60,666 bases of DNA from Thermoproteota archaeon (GTDB taxonomy: Archaea > Thermoproteota > EX4484-205 > JAAOZP01), in contig JAWBXT010000002.1 of assembly GCA_038867695.1 (NCBI GenBank), positions 1 to 60,666 of the forward strand, given 5' to 3'. Of this stretch, positions 17,688 to 26,325 are shown piece after piece. A program made the position numbers and the translations under genes. How positions within the stretch are numbered: position 1 is the stretch's first letter; each line of letters opens with the position of its first letter. The notes under the pieces were generated by a model that did not search any database, was not told the DNA's origin, and saw only the letters and a list, made by a program, of their open reading frames with translations.

Positions 17688-18664
17688 TTTGCCTTCACTA
17701 CGCCTGTTCTTCCTCTTTTGAAGTTAATTACTTTAAAATCTAGAAGCATCCTCCTCTTCAATATTCTAACCTTCTTCCATAGTTGCGTATACCCTAAAGG
17801 TCTCATCCCACTATTCGTGCATACTCTACTATATTCTTCGAAGAGTTTCTTTAAACTCACGCCTTGAGGATGCTGTGAAAGTACTTTAAAAATAGCTTTA
17901 ATATGAAGGTCGTTTGTTTGAATAAAATTGTAAATAAAATAATCCTCAGATATTTTTCTTAAGGCTTCCAGTACATGTTTTTCGCTAATGGGTTTACCTT
18001 TAGAAAAATGCAAGGCTGTTTCAAGAATCATTAGAGCAAGCTTCGCATTCCCTCCGGATGTTCTGCTTATAATATCTAAGGCTTTTTCTTCAGCGGATCT
18101 TCCAATACTTCTGAGAGCAATATCTATTATCATACGGATTTCGTCAGGACTATAAGGGTTAAGATGCGTTAAGTATAAGGGTGGGGAAAAGGTTAAAACA
18201 TTTATTGGAAGCGCCTCTGAGCTGAAAAGCATTAATATGAAAAGTCCTTCATGCGGAAATCCCTCACTAATTCTTAAGATATCTTGAAAAATCCTTTCAT
18301 TAACAATGCTTTCAGCATTATCTATCACGATTAAAAATTTGCATTCGCTCTCTTCCAGGATGCGGAGAATCTCTGTGGCTGAATAGCCATTTAGTTTCCA
18401 GGCTTTCTGCAATATTGCGAAGAACCCGTAATGATTATCCGTTTCGGGATCTAGATAAATTGTTTTAAGATCCTTCCAAACCGATGCGGCATCCTTCATG
18501 ATCTTCTTGGCAAGAGTCGTCTTACCGGTGCCTTTTTCGCCAAATGCGATAACTAGTACAGATAGAGGGGTGGCGCTCTCCATGAACATTTCAAGAAGCA
18601 TCCATATTCTACCATACTCCTCCAGCCTCAACCTAAAGTCCTCAAGGCTTCTGCAGCTTTCCAT
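17660..18664 (-). CDS. Orc1/Cdc6-like AAA+ protein (divergent paralog)
   Basis: Walker A GEKGTGKTT, sensor region GGNAKLALMILETAL (compare GDARxAldlL), LNPYSPDEI, C-terminal winged helix. Walker B reads VIDNAE. Confidence 0.7.
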   Translation of the reverse strand: MESCRSLEDFRLRLEEYGRIWMLLEMFMESATPLSVLVIAFGEKGTGKTTLAKKIMKDAASVWKDLKTIYLDPETDNHYGFFAILQKAWKLNGYSATEILRILEESECKFLIVIDNAESIVNERIFQDILRISEGFPHEGLFILMLFSSEALPINVLTFSPPLYLTHLNPYSPDEIRMIIDIALRSIGRSAEEKALDIISRTSGGNAKLALMILETALHFSKGKPISEKHVLEALRKISEDYFIYNFIQTNDLHIKAIFKVLSQHPQGVSLKKLFEEYSRVCTNSGMRPLGYTQLWKKVRILKRRMLLDFKVINFKRGRTGVVKAKCIGGETSL

Positions 18665-18774
18665 GCTTCGGAAAGCAGGGTTAATACTTATTTCTATTAT
18701 GGTTGTAAGATGGTGAGGGAGAGAGTTAAGTGAATGAGTAATATTTTTAAACTCCGTTTAAAGATAACTGAGTA

Positions 18775-18927
18775 ATGCCAGAGTTTCAATGTTTAGCCTG
18801 TAACAGGATTCTTAACGAGAAGGATCTGTTAGAGTTCAGAGGAGGCGTTAGATGCCCTTACTGTGGCTTCAGAGTCCTAAAAAAATCACGTTCGAAAAAC
18901 ATAGTTAAGCAAGTTCTTGCAGAGTAA
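18775..18927 (+). CDS. rpoP: DNA-directed RNA polymerase subunit P (Rpo12); 50 aa, absent from the ORF track
   Basis: Translated by hand as MPEFQCLACNRILNEKDLLEFRGGVRCPYCGFRVLKKSRSKNIVKQVLAE. It has a CxxC...CxxC zinc ribbon with the GVRCPYCG signature. Confidence 0.75.
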   Translation: MPEFQCLACNRILNEKDLLEFRGGVRCPYCGFRVLKKSRSKNIVKQVLAE

Positions 18928-18929
18928 GG

Positions 18930-18939
18930 TTTATATAAA
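18930..18939 (+). promoter_or_regulatory. Strong TATA box TTTATATAAA
   Basis: Directly after the rpoP stop and about 25 nt upstream of the G-run that begins the 18958-19040 inverted repeat. Confidence 0.35.
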
Positions 18940-18957
18940 TACTCTTTTCTCGATTAA

Positions 18958-19040
18958 GGGGGAACGGTGAGGGCTGCCCTCTAACAACATATTGATTCTA
19001 ATCTCTGAGGGCATTCCCCCCACCCTCACCGTTTCCTCCT
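18958..19040. repeat. Long imperfect inverted repeat (about 16 bp outer arms, 6 bp inner arms); candidate structured sRNA or ORB-like origin element
   Basis: GGAACGGTGAGGG 18961-18973 pairs with CCCTCACCGTTTCC 19023-19036. GCCCTC 18976-18981 pairs with GAGGGC 19007-19012. A T6 run at 19042-19047 follows. Confidence 0.6.
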
Positions 19041-19166
19041 ATTTTTTAAGATAATTATGTATGATAAGGCGTAGCATTGTTAGTGAGAAGTATTACGAGC
19101 TTTAAAATGGGATTCAGACACAAAAAAAGAATAACAGTAAGCGGGTGGATTCACGGTAGGAAACAA

Positions 19167-19177
19167 AGTTTTTAAAC
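19167..19177 (+). promoter_or_regulatory. TATA-like element for the tRNA gene (AAGTTTTTAAAC region)
   Basis: About 27 nt upstream of tRNA position 1 (19201). Confidence 0.4.
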
Positions 19178-19200
19178 TTCTTAAACAATCGTGAAAACGA

Positions 19201-19308
19201 GGGGTCGTCGTCTAGAGGCTAAACCAGGCAGCTTGGTCTAGGATACCAGCCTGAAGCAAGAACTGGCTAAGGGCGCTGGCGACCTGGGTTCAAATCCCGG
19301 CGACCCCA
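19201..19308 (+). tRNA. Intron-containing tRNA, best read as tRNA-Pro(GGG) with two BHB introns (19216-19231 and 19254-19270); the alternative reading is Phe(GAA)
   Basis: Acceptor GGGGTCG/CGACCCC plus A73. T-arm CTGGG-TTCAAAT-CCCGG. Anticodon stem CCAGC/GCTGG. The 108-nt gene is about 33 nt too long. No CCA is encoded. Confidence 0.8.
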
Positions 19309-19394
19309 TAGGTTTATCCTCTTAAAACCCTCCCCATCCTATGCAGCTACCTTTTAAAATGGCTTGGTATTGCAGTACGAAAAGTTTATACACG

Positions 19395-19640
19395 ATGATA
19401 CGCAGCAATAACGGATTGCCCGTCTATTACTGCCCGGATTGCGGTGGAGAGCTCAGGTACGAGTTAAATACCAAACTTTACATTTGTAAGTCTTGTGGAA
19501 GAGTTTACGGTTTCGAGGAGCTTAAGACTACAAGGGAAAGGTTCCTTAAATCGGTGATGGAGAGTGATGAGGAGAGGAGAAAGAAGCAGAAAAGGGAAGT
19601 TGTTAAGTGGTGGCTTGGTAAGAAGTCAGAGGAAGAATAG
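19395..19640 (+). CDS. Zinc-ribbon protein with basic C-terminal tail
   Basis: CPDCG...CKSCG ribbon followed by a Lys/Arg/Glu-rich tail. The start is uncertain; the track ORF begins at 19341. Confidence 0.5.
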   Translation: MIRSNNGLPVYYCPDCGGELRYELNTKLYICKSCGRVYGFEELKTTRERFLKSVMESDEERRKKQKREVVKWWLGKKSEEE

Positions 19641-19794
19641 CTCTAAATCGGCTTGTCGTTTCTCGCTGCTCAGGTGGCTTTAGCGATTAATCGAATCTAT
19701 TGTTTAAAAGAATGTTGTCAACCAGTACTTTAAAGTCTAGACGAACTAGTTCAGTAACTTTTAAAAGACTAGTGTTTTTTAAGCTTACCGTCAA

Positions 19795-21054
19795 ATGAAT
19801 GATTCGCCCTACCGTTTTAGCCCCTTCAATATTAGTGATGGAGATAGGCATTACGTGGAGCAGATAATGCTCGACGTGAAAGAGAGAGGTGATGAGGCGC
19901 TTATAGACTACACTTCTCGTCCCAAGCCTTTTGACAATGTTAAACTATCGAAGGATGTGATTGCAGTTAGCCAGGATGAATTAGAGAATTCTGAAAAATA
20001 TTTGTCAAAAGACGTTGAGGAGGCAATACTTTTCATGATGAGTAGGATTAGGAAAGTGGTTAATTTGCAGATGAAAATATTGTCGATAAACACGCTTAAG
20101 AACGAGGGTTTTAAATATCATATAAGGTTCTATCCGCTCGAAAGAATCGGAGTGCTTGTACCCGGAGGGAAAGCGCCTTATGTTTCAACTATAGTTATGG
20201 CAGCTTATCCAGCTGTTCTAGTAGGTGTTAAGGAAATCCATGTTATAACTCCCCCCAGACAGGATGGTTCCGTGAATCCAGCGGTTCTTTATGCTGCTAA
20301 ACTAATGGGCTTGAAAAGGGTTTATAGGTGCAACATGGTTGCCGGTGTCGGTGCATTAACCTTCGGTACCCAGACTATTCCTAGGGTGGAGAAGATAATT
20401 GGCCCGGGGAACAGGTTTGTAACTTTGGCAAAGATGATTGCAACCAGTTATGGTGTCTCTATTGACATTCCTGCAGGACCATCAGAACTTGTTGTATTAG
20501 CAGATTCTAATGCAGATCCTAAATTCGTAGCCTTAGATCTGGTTGCCCAAGCAGAGCATTCACCAGATTCTTTTGTAGCTTTAATTACCGACTCTAAATC
20601 CTTAGCCGAATCCGTTGAAAAAATATTCCAAGAGTTTTCAAAGAAATACGGCTTGGAGGCGAGAATGAATACGTATTTGGTTCAATCCATAGAAGAAGGT
20701 TTAGAAAAATGCAACTCCCTCGCTCCTGAACACGTTTCCCTCCAAGTTAGAAATCCAAATAGGCTGTTGAGTAAACTTACAACAGCTGGTACTGTTTTCC
20801 TTGGGGGCTTTTCGCCACCAGCGGTAGGAGATTACGTGTCAGGAAGCAACCATATTCTCCCAACGGGCGGATACGCTAGGGTGAGAGGCGGCGTGACGGT
20901 GCTCGACTATCTCAGAATAGTTTCATACCAATATTTCTCTATCAAATACTTGAATAGGGTTGCTAAGTATGTTAATACCTTAAGTAAGGTGGAAGGGCTT
21001 CCTCTTCATGGGATGAGTGTAGAGTCTAGGATTAAGAGGAAGATAACAGTATGA
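19795..21054 (+). CDS. hisD: Histidinol dehydrogenase
   Basis: GPGNRFV, AQAEH, APEH...; about 420 aa. No other his genes are nearby. Confidence 0.85.
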   Translation: MNDSPYRFSPFNISDGDRHYVEQIMLDVKERGDEALIDYTSRPKPFDNVKLSKDVIAVSQDELENSEKYLSKDVEEAILFMMSRIRKVVNLQMKILSINTLKNEGFKYHIRFYPLERIGVLVPGGKAPYVSTIVMAAYPAVLVGVKEIHVITPPRQDGSVNPAVLYAAKLMGLKRVYRCNMVAGVGALTFGTQTIPRVEKIIGPGNRFVTLAKMIATSYGVSIDIPAGPSELVVLADSNADPKFVALDLVAQAEHSPDSFVALITDSKSLAESVEKIFQEFSKKYGLEARMNTYLVQSIEEGLEKCNSLAPEHVSLQVRNPNRLLSKLTTAGTVFLGGFSPPAVGDYVSGSNHILPTGGYARVRGGVTVLDYLRIVSYQYFSIKYLNRVAKYVNTLSKVEGLPLHGMSVESRIKRKITV

Positions 21055-21824
21055 AAGCCATCTTCCTAATAGGCACTGCAGGAAGTGGTAAAACTACCTT
21101 CGTAAAAAACTTTTCCGAATGGATTGAGAATAAAGGTGTTGACGTTGCGAGAATCAATTTGGATCCTGGTGTAATCAGTCTGCCCTATACTGCTGACTTC
21201 GATGTTAGGGAGTATGTTAGTACTGAGAAGATTATGAGAGATCTTGGGCTAGGACCTAACAGCGCCTTAACTGTCGCTTCAGACTTGATAGCAGTAAAGG
21301 TTCATGAGATTAGCGATGAGATCGAAGCAATGGATTATGAGATTGCTATTGTAGACACACCCGGTCAGATAGAGTTATTTGCCTTCAGGCCTGTTGGAAA
21401 GGTTTTCTCAGAAAGATTTTTAGAAGGCCCTAGGATGGTAATATACCTTTTTGACTATGCACTCATGCTTGAGCCACTTAGCTTTCTTGCTTCACTATAT
21501 CTTAGCTTATCTGTTTACGCATCCCTTACCATACCACAGCTTAACGTAATTAACAAAGTGGACATGGCGGAACCTCGCTTAGTCAAGAGAATAAGCGAAT
21601 GGTTCTCTAGCCCACTAACCCTCTATGAGGCTGTTAATAAATACTACAGGGGCGAGAAATTGAAACTAGGTCAAGAGCTTTCGAAAGCACTCCCCATATT
21701 GAGTAGTTTGAACAGGCCAATACCTGTTTCAGCAATAACAATGGAGGGCTTTGTAGATGTATACTCGCAGGTTACTAGAATACTTGGGACTGGTGAAGAG
21801 TTTGCACAGGAACAGGCCATTTAA
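21051..21824 (+). CDS. GPN-loop GTPase
   Basis: GTAGSGKTT P-loop, GLGPNSAL GPN motif, DTPGQIE, NKVD. Confidence 0.85.
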   Translation: MKAIFLIGTAGSGKTTFVKNFSEWIENKGVDVARINLDPGVISLPYTADFDVREYVSTEKIMRDLGLGPNSALTVASDLIAVKVHEISDEIEAMDYEIAIVDTPGQIELFAFRPVGKVFSERFLEGPRMVIYLFDYALMLEPLSFLASLYLSLSVYASLTIPQLNVINKVDMAEPRLVKRISEWFSSPLTLYEAVNKYYRGEKLKLGQELSKALPILSSLNRPIPVSAITMEGFVDVYSQVTRILGTGEEFAQEQAI

Positions 21825-21881
21825 AGCTGTTTTCTGGCTACCGGAAAATTTATTAAACCATTATTAAAATCACTCAATGAT

Positions 21882-22766
21882 TTGCCAGCGTTCCAAGAGG
21901 CTGAGAGCTTAGCAGGCGATTATACTAGGCAGCAGATCGAAGAGGAGCTCAGGAAACAGAAGGAGAAGCTTAAGGATCTTATAAGTAGGAGGAAACTGAT
22001 TAAAGAGGAGATCATCGAGATAACCAAGCAGATAGACGAGAACACTACTAAGAGGAATGAGATTAATCAGCAGATTAAGAAACTCAAGGAGGAAATAGCT
22101 CAATTAAGAAACTCTGAGAAGAGCCTTAGAGACGAGATCGAACAGAAGAGGGTCGTCGTTAAAAGTCGTTCCAAGAAGATAAAGATAAGTGAGAGAGAGG
22201 CTAGGGCCTATCTCTCAAAACTTGAGTGGAGATTGGCAACGGAGCATTTAGACCCCAAGGAGGAGGCTGAACTTGTAAGGGAGATCGAAAGGGCAAGGAT
22301 GCTGCTACGAGAAGTAGAGTCAATCGTCGGTATGAAGAAGAATATGGAGGATTTTGAAAATAAGATCGGAGACATAAAATCGATGATTATTCAGAAGAGT
22401 AATGAAAAAGCAAAACTCGTTGAAGCATCAAACCTGTATCATACTAAGATTAAGGAGTTGTTAGAGGAGAGGAGAATCAAGAGGGACGAGCTCTCTAGGC
22501 TCGATGCGGAGATTGAAGAGGCTAGGAAGAAGAAGGACGAGCTCTTCATGAAAATAGTTGAATTAGATGCTAAATCCTATCTTGCTAAAATGAGACGTAT
22601 GCTGATGTTTCAGGAAGAACAGGCTAAGCGCTTAAAGATGGAGGAAGCGATAAGGAGTAAGCTTGCCTCAGATGCTCAGGAGAAGCTTAAGCGCGGTGAA
22701 ACCCTTGATTGGGAAGAATTTAAAGCTCTAATCGAAGCACAGAGTAATCAGTTTCAAGGAAGATAA
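21882..22766 (+). CDS. Long coiled-coil protein (archaeal COG1340-like)
   Basis: 294 aa, almost entirely heptad-rich E/K/R/L sequence. Confidence 0.55.
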   Translation: MPAFQEAESLAGDYTRQQIEEELRKQKEKLKDLISRRKLIKEEIIEITKQIDENTTKRNEINQQIKKLKEEIAQLRNSEKSLRDEIEQKRVVVKSRSKKIKISEREARAYLSKLEWRLATEHLDPKEEAELVREIERARMLLREVESIVGMKKNMEDFENKIGDIKSMIIQKSNEKAKLVEASNLYHTKIKELLEERRIKRDELSRLDAEIEEARKKKDELFMKIVELDAKSYLAKMRRMLMFQEEQAKRLKMEEAIRSKLASDAQEKLKRGETLDWEEFKALIEAQSNQFQGR

Positions 22767-22838
22767 CATTGGTTTTAGGCTTTTCATACATACGGAAATT
22801 TTTAATAATAAGGGCATTATCAAATTCTCAGGAGCCTA

Positions 22839-23951
22839 TTGGAAGAAGGTGCTAAGAGAGTACTAATCTTATGCGTCGACCTAGATGATGATGTAGGCAG
22901 AAAAACAGGTTTAGAAACACCTATAATAGGCAGGGAAAACGTTTTGAAAGCAGCTGAAAAACTTGCTCTTCTCGATCCTGAGGAGGCTGATTCAAATGCT
23001 ATGTTCGCCTCCATAAGGCTCTCCGACGACTTTTCTAAATCAGGGCATTTAACCGAGGTTTGTGTTGTCAGTGGTTTAAAAGACGGTGGTCTAGAGGCCT
23101 CTAGGAAAGCCGTTCAGGAAATAACTTATGTTGCAAAATTGTTTTCTCCATCTGAGGTTTATGTCGTTACTGACGGTTTTGGAGAGGAAGATATAGAGCC
23201 AGTTTTAAAAGCTAGACTACCCCTAGCGGGTGTGAGGAGGGTTGTCATTAAACAGAGTCGTGCTATTGAGGAATCGTACATAGTATTGGGAAGGTATTTA
23301 AAAATGCTCTTCACTGATCCAAGGTTCAAAAAATGGGTTCTCGGGCTTGGAGGCTTATTGATAACATCAATAACCATATTGAGTTATTTCGGGTCCTCGT
23401 ATAGAGAAGTCAACACAGTATTCTGGAGCATGGTTGGCATAGCAATATTGATGAAAGGCCTAGATTTGGATAAAATGGTTTCTTCGGGTCTGAAGCAAAT
23501 ATACGGTGAGAACCTTCCTCCAATCATGTTAGTGTCTAAGTCGCTATTTTTATTCACAGGAGTTGCATTAATTCTATTCACCATCTACACTGGATACTCG
23601 ATGGAGAAGAATGAGGTGCCCCTCACTCTTTTGGGGAGATTCATCGCGCAGGTTATCGACATTTTCCTCTTCGGAGTTGCGCTAATACTCGTAAGCGGCT
23701 CATTGAGGTACCCGCTTAATGTCTCAAGCATACGGGATTCTCTATCAATACTGGCAAACCTTATGTCCTTAGCTCCATTGATTAGGACCCTGGGGATCGC
23801 TGCATCAATTCCATCGTTTGACCTTAGGATTTTACTTTACGTGAGTATACTCACGTTAATTTTAATGTATTCCGTTAACATCCTTATATTTCTTGTCACA
23901 AGATTCCTTATATTTCTCTCAAAAATGTTTAAAATAGCTCTTGAAGAATGA
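22839..23951 (+). CDS. DUF373-family membrane protein
   Basis: N-terminal soluble VLILCVDLDDDVGRKTG...IGRE...LLDPEEADSNAMF followed by several TM helices. Confidence 0.7.
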   Translation: MEEGAKRVLILCVDLDDDVGRKTGLETPIIGRENVLKAAEKLALLDPEEADSNAMFASIRLSDDFSKSGHLTEVCVVSGLKDGGLEASRKAVQEITYVAKLFSPSEVYVVTDGFGEEDIEPVLKARLPLAGVRRVVIKQSRAIEESYIVLGRYLKMLFTDPRFKKWVLGLGGLLITSITILSYFGSSYREVNTVFWSMVGIAILMKGLDLDKMVSSGLKQIYGENLPPIMLVSKSLFLFTGVALILFTIYTGYSMEKNEVPLTLLGRFIAQVIDIFLFGVALILVSGSLRYPLNVSSIRDSLSILANLMSLAPLIRTLGIAASIPSFDLRILLYVSILTLILMYSVNILIFLVTRFLIFLSKMFKIALEE

Positions 23952-23958
23952 AGAATGA

Positions 23959-24759
23959 ATGAGGCTCCTAGGGAGTATTGCATTAAGGCTTTCGAGAAGC
24001 AGGCTCTCAGTCTGGCTCTATGAGAAAAGCCTGCTTAAGCAAGTCAGCCAAATGCCTATGCCAAACCACATAGGAATAATTATGGATGGCAATCGAAGGT
24101 GGGCTGAGCTAAAGGGCTTGGATAAGTCGCTTGGGCACGTTTTTGGCGCTAAGAAGGTTGACGAGGTTCTTAAGTGGTGTCATGAGCTCGGGATAAAGAT
24201 TCTGACTCTTTACGTCCTATCTACGGAGAATCTTAAGCGGCCTCGAGAGGAGATACAATTACTACTCGGTTTATTCAGGGATAAGCTCGCAGAAATAATG
24301 GATAAAAGGATTCTGCACGAAAATCAAACCCGCTTCAAAGTAATCGGCAGAAGAGACCTTATCCCCCCCGACATAATGAAATACGTGGAGAAAATAGAGA
24401 AGGAGACTGAGAAGTATTCGTTGCACTTCTTAAATATTGCCTTTGCATACGGAGGTAGGGCTGAAATAGTGGATGCCGTCAGAAGCATTGCCCGTGACGT
24501 TTCGAAAAAGCTACTTGACCCTGAGGAAATAAATGAGGAGACTATTTCAAACCGACTATACACCGCATATCTCCCAAAGCCGGATCCTGACTTGATAATT
24601 AGAACATCCGGAGAGGAGAGGCTCAGCAACTTTCTCCTCTGGCAATCAGCCTACAGCGAGCTTGTATTCATAGACGTGTACTGGCCGGAGTTCAGGAAAA
24701 TAGACCTTTTAAGAGCTATAAGAACGTATCAGAAGAGAAAGAGAAGATTTGGCCTTTAA
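23959..24759 (+). CDS. uppS: cis-Prenyltransferase (undecaprenyl-diphosphate synthase family)
   Basis: HIGIIMDGNRRWA, RTSGEERLSNFLLWQSAYSE, YQKRKRRFG. Confidence 0.9.
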   Translation: MRLLGSIALRLSRSRLSVWLYEKSLLKQVSQMPMPNHIGIIMDGNRRWAELKGLDKSLGHVFGAKKVDEVLKWCHELGIKILTLYVLSTENLKRPREEIQLLLGLFRDKLAEIMDKRILHENQTRFKVIGRRDLIPPDIMKYVEKIEKETEKYSLHFLNIAFAYGGRAEIVDAVRSIARDVSKKLLDPEEINEETISNRLYTAYLPKPDPDLIIRTSGEERLSNFLLWQSAYSELVFIDVYWPEFRKIDLLRAIRTYQKRKRRFGL

Positions 24760-25802
24760 AAAGTGAGTTTAACGGGCCCGAAATCGGTTATAAGATATGT
24801 ATCTTCAATCCTCACTCCGCCAACGCCTGGTATATAGATGCCTGGTTCTATGGTTATGACGTTGCCGGCTTTAAGTTCTTCATTGCTCGATGGAGCAATA
24901 GTAGGCGGCTCGTGAATATCGATTCCAACACCATGCCCAAGCCCATGCATAAAATACTTGTCAAATCCATACTCTGCAAGTATTTCGCAGGCACGCTTAT
25001 CCACTTCGTAAGACCTAGCTCCCGGTAAAGCCTTCTTCTCAGCGGCTCTCTTAGATTCTTCGACTGCTTCAATCATTTCTCTAACAACACTGTTTTCCCC
25101 ATCTCCCTTAAAGACTATTGTCCTCGTCAAATCGCTCTTATAGTTTAAATAATCCGCTCCCACATCAAACAGTACAATGTCTTTCTTCTGTAGCTTTCTG
25201 AGAGAGGGAGTGAAGTGGGGATTGGAGGAATTTTCTCCAAAGGCTACTATGGTTTCGAAAGCTGGTTTAAAAGCTCCCTTTAAAACAACCTTGTAATTAT
25301 ACCGACACGCGATTTCAACTTCGGAAATTCCTTCATCCAATTCTTCCAATACTTCTTTAAATGTTAAGCTTGCTATTTCAGCAGCTTTTTTCAGCCTTTC
25401 AATTTCAAACTGGTCCTTAATCATACGCATTTCACTTACAATCCTGCTTCTAGTTTTCACAAGGACGCCAAGCTCCTCTTCCAACTTCAGAGCATCACTC
25501 ATATCCAGATGGTCGAACTCAACATACTTGAGGCCTCTCTCCACCTCCTTTAGAACCCCCTGGAGAAGCCTCTCTCCTCTTCCTATTTTAATTACTCTAA
25601 CACTATTAATTGAAGATGGAAGGTTAACGCTTTCGAGCGGACTAGTTAGAAACTTGGCATCGCCGCTCTTTGGTATTAATAGGGCTCCTGAAAGAGGTTT
25701 TTCCCAATCAACAGCATACATTATGTTTCCCTGTTCCCGTAGTACGAGAAGATCTATCCCTGTCTTACTCAGCTTCTCCTGTATCCTTCCTATTCTGCTC
25801 AT
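24756..25802 (-). CDS. pepQ: Xaa-Pro aminopeptidase/dipeptidase (M24B)
   Basis: HGLGHGVGIDIHEPP, EPGIYIPGVGGVRIED. Confidence 0.85.
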   Translation of the reverse strand: MSRIGRIQEKLSKTGIDLLVLREQGNIMYAVDWEKPLSGALLIPKSGDAKFLTSPLESVNLPSSINSVRVIKIGRGERLLQGVLKEVERGLKYVEFDHLDMSDALKLEEELGVLVKTRSRIVSEMRMIKDQFEIERLKKAAEIASLTFKEVLEELDEGISEVEIACRYNYKVVLKGAFKPAFETIVAFGENSSNPHFTPSLRKLQKKDIVLFDVGADYLNYKSDLTRTIVFKGDGENSVVREMIEAVEESKRAAEKKALPGARSYEVDKRACEILAEYGFDKYFMHGLGHGVGIDIHEPPTIAPSSNEELKAGNVITIEPGIYIPGVGGVRIEDTYLITDFGPVKLTF

Positions 25803-26325
25803 CAGAAGTCGATGGTTGCAAACGGCTTCTTAAGGCTTGTCTAAGCTCTTCATCACTACGCGCGCCGAAAATGCTTAAGCCAGTAGGAGTAAGCCTTAGC
25901 AGCCTACTCCTACCGCTTCTGCTCGCCTCAACAAGACCCATTTCAACCAGCCTCCGGATTTGCTTATAAGCATGAGTTCCTCTTAAAACAATGATCTTAG
26001 ACTGGGCAATAGGTTGTTTCAAACCTATTAAAGTCAGTGTTTTTAAGCTCGCTCTGCTAATCATCGGTTTAACTCCCAATTTTCTGACATAATTCGTGTA
26101 TTCTGGTTTAACCCTAAGCATATAATTTTCCTTACCAATTTCAACTATCTCAAGGCTCGTATCCCTTGATCTGTATTCTTCAATGAGCTCCTTTAATGCA
26201 TTCTCAACCTTCTCGAGTTTCCTAACTCCCGCTGCCGACTTAAGCTGTAAGAGACTCAGCGGCCTACCTGAGGCGAACAATGCCGCTTCTATCCTCTTTT
26301 TATACTCCGATTCCTTCAAAACCAT
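25765..26325 (-). CDS. scpB: Segregation and condensation protein B
   Basis: IEAALFASGRPLSLLQL..., tandem winged helices. Directly downstream of scpA. Confidence 0.8.
   Translation of the reverse strand: MVLKESEYKKRIEAALFASGRPLSLLQLKSAAGVRKLEKVENALKELIEEYRSRDTSLEIVEIGKENYMLRVKPEYTNYVRKLGVKPMISRASLKTLTLIGLKQPIAQSKIIVLRGTHAYKQIRRLVEMGLVEASRSGRSRLLRLTPTGLSIFGARSDEELRQALRSRLQPSTSDEQNRKDTGEAE

Noticed and set aside
19216-19273. Alternative tRNA readings: a canonical 37/38 intron giving Phe(GAA), and a 13-nt D-arm intron (19223-19235) supported by a 6-bp outer helix
   Set aside because: The Phe reading needs a central BHB helix with a G-A mismatch, and the acceptor and D-arm do not look like tRNA-Phe. 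The 13-nt option leaves a 14-nt D-loop and a 78-nt tRNA. Both are kept as alternatives in the finding, not as the primary call.
17379-19308. Integrated element next to the tRNA gene (AT-rich orc1-like and wHTH genes beside a tRNA)
   Set aside because: No integrase, no visible duplicated tRNA 3' segment (att), and the essential rpoP gene sits between them.
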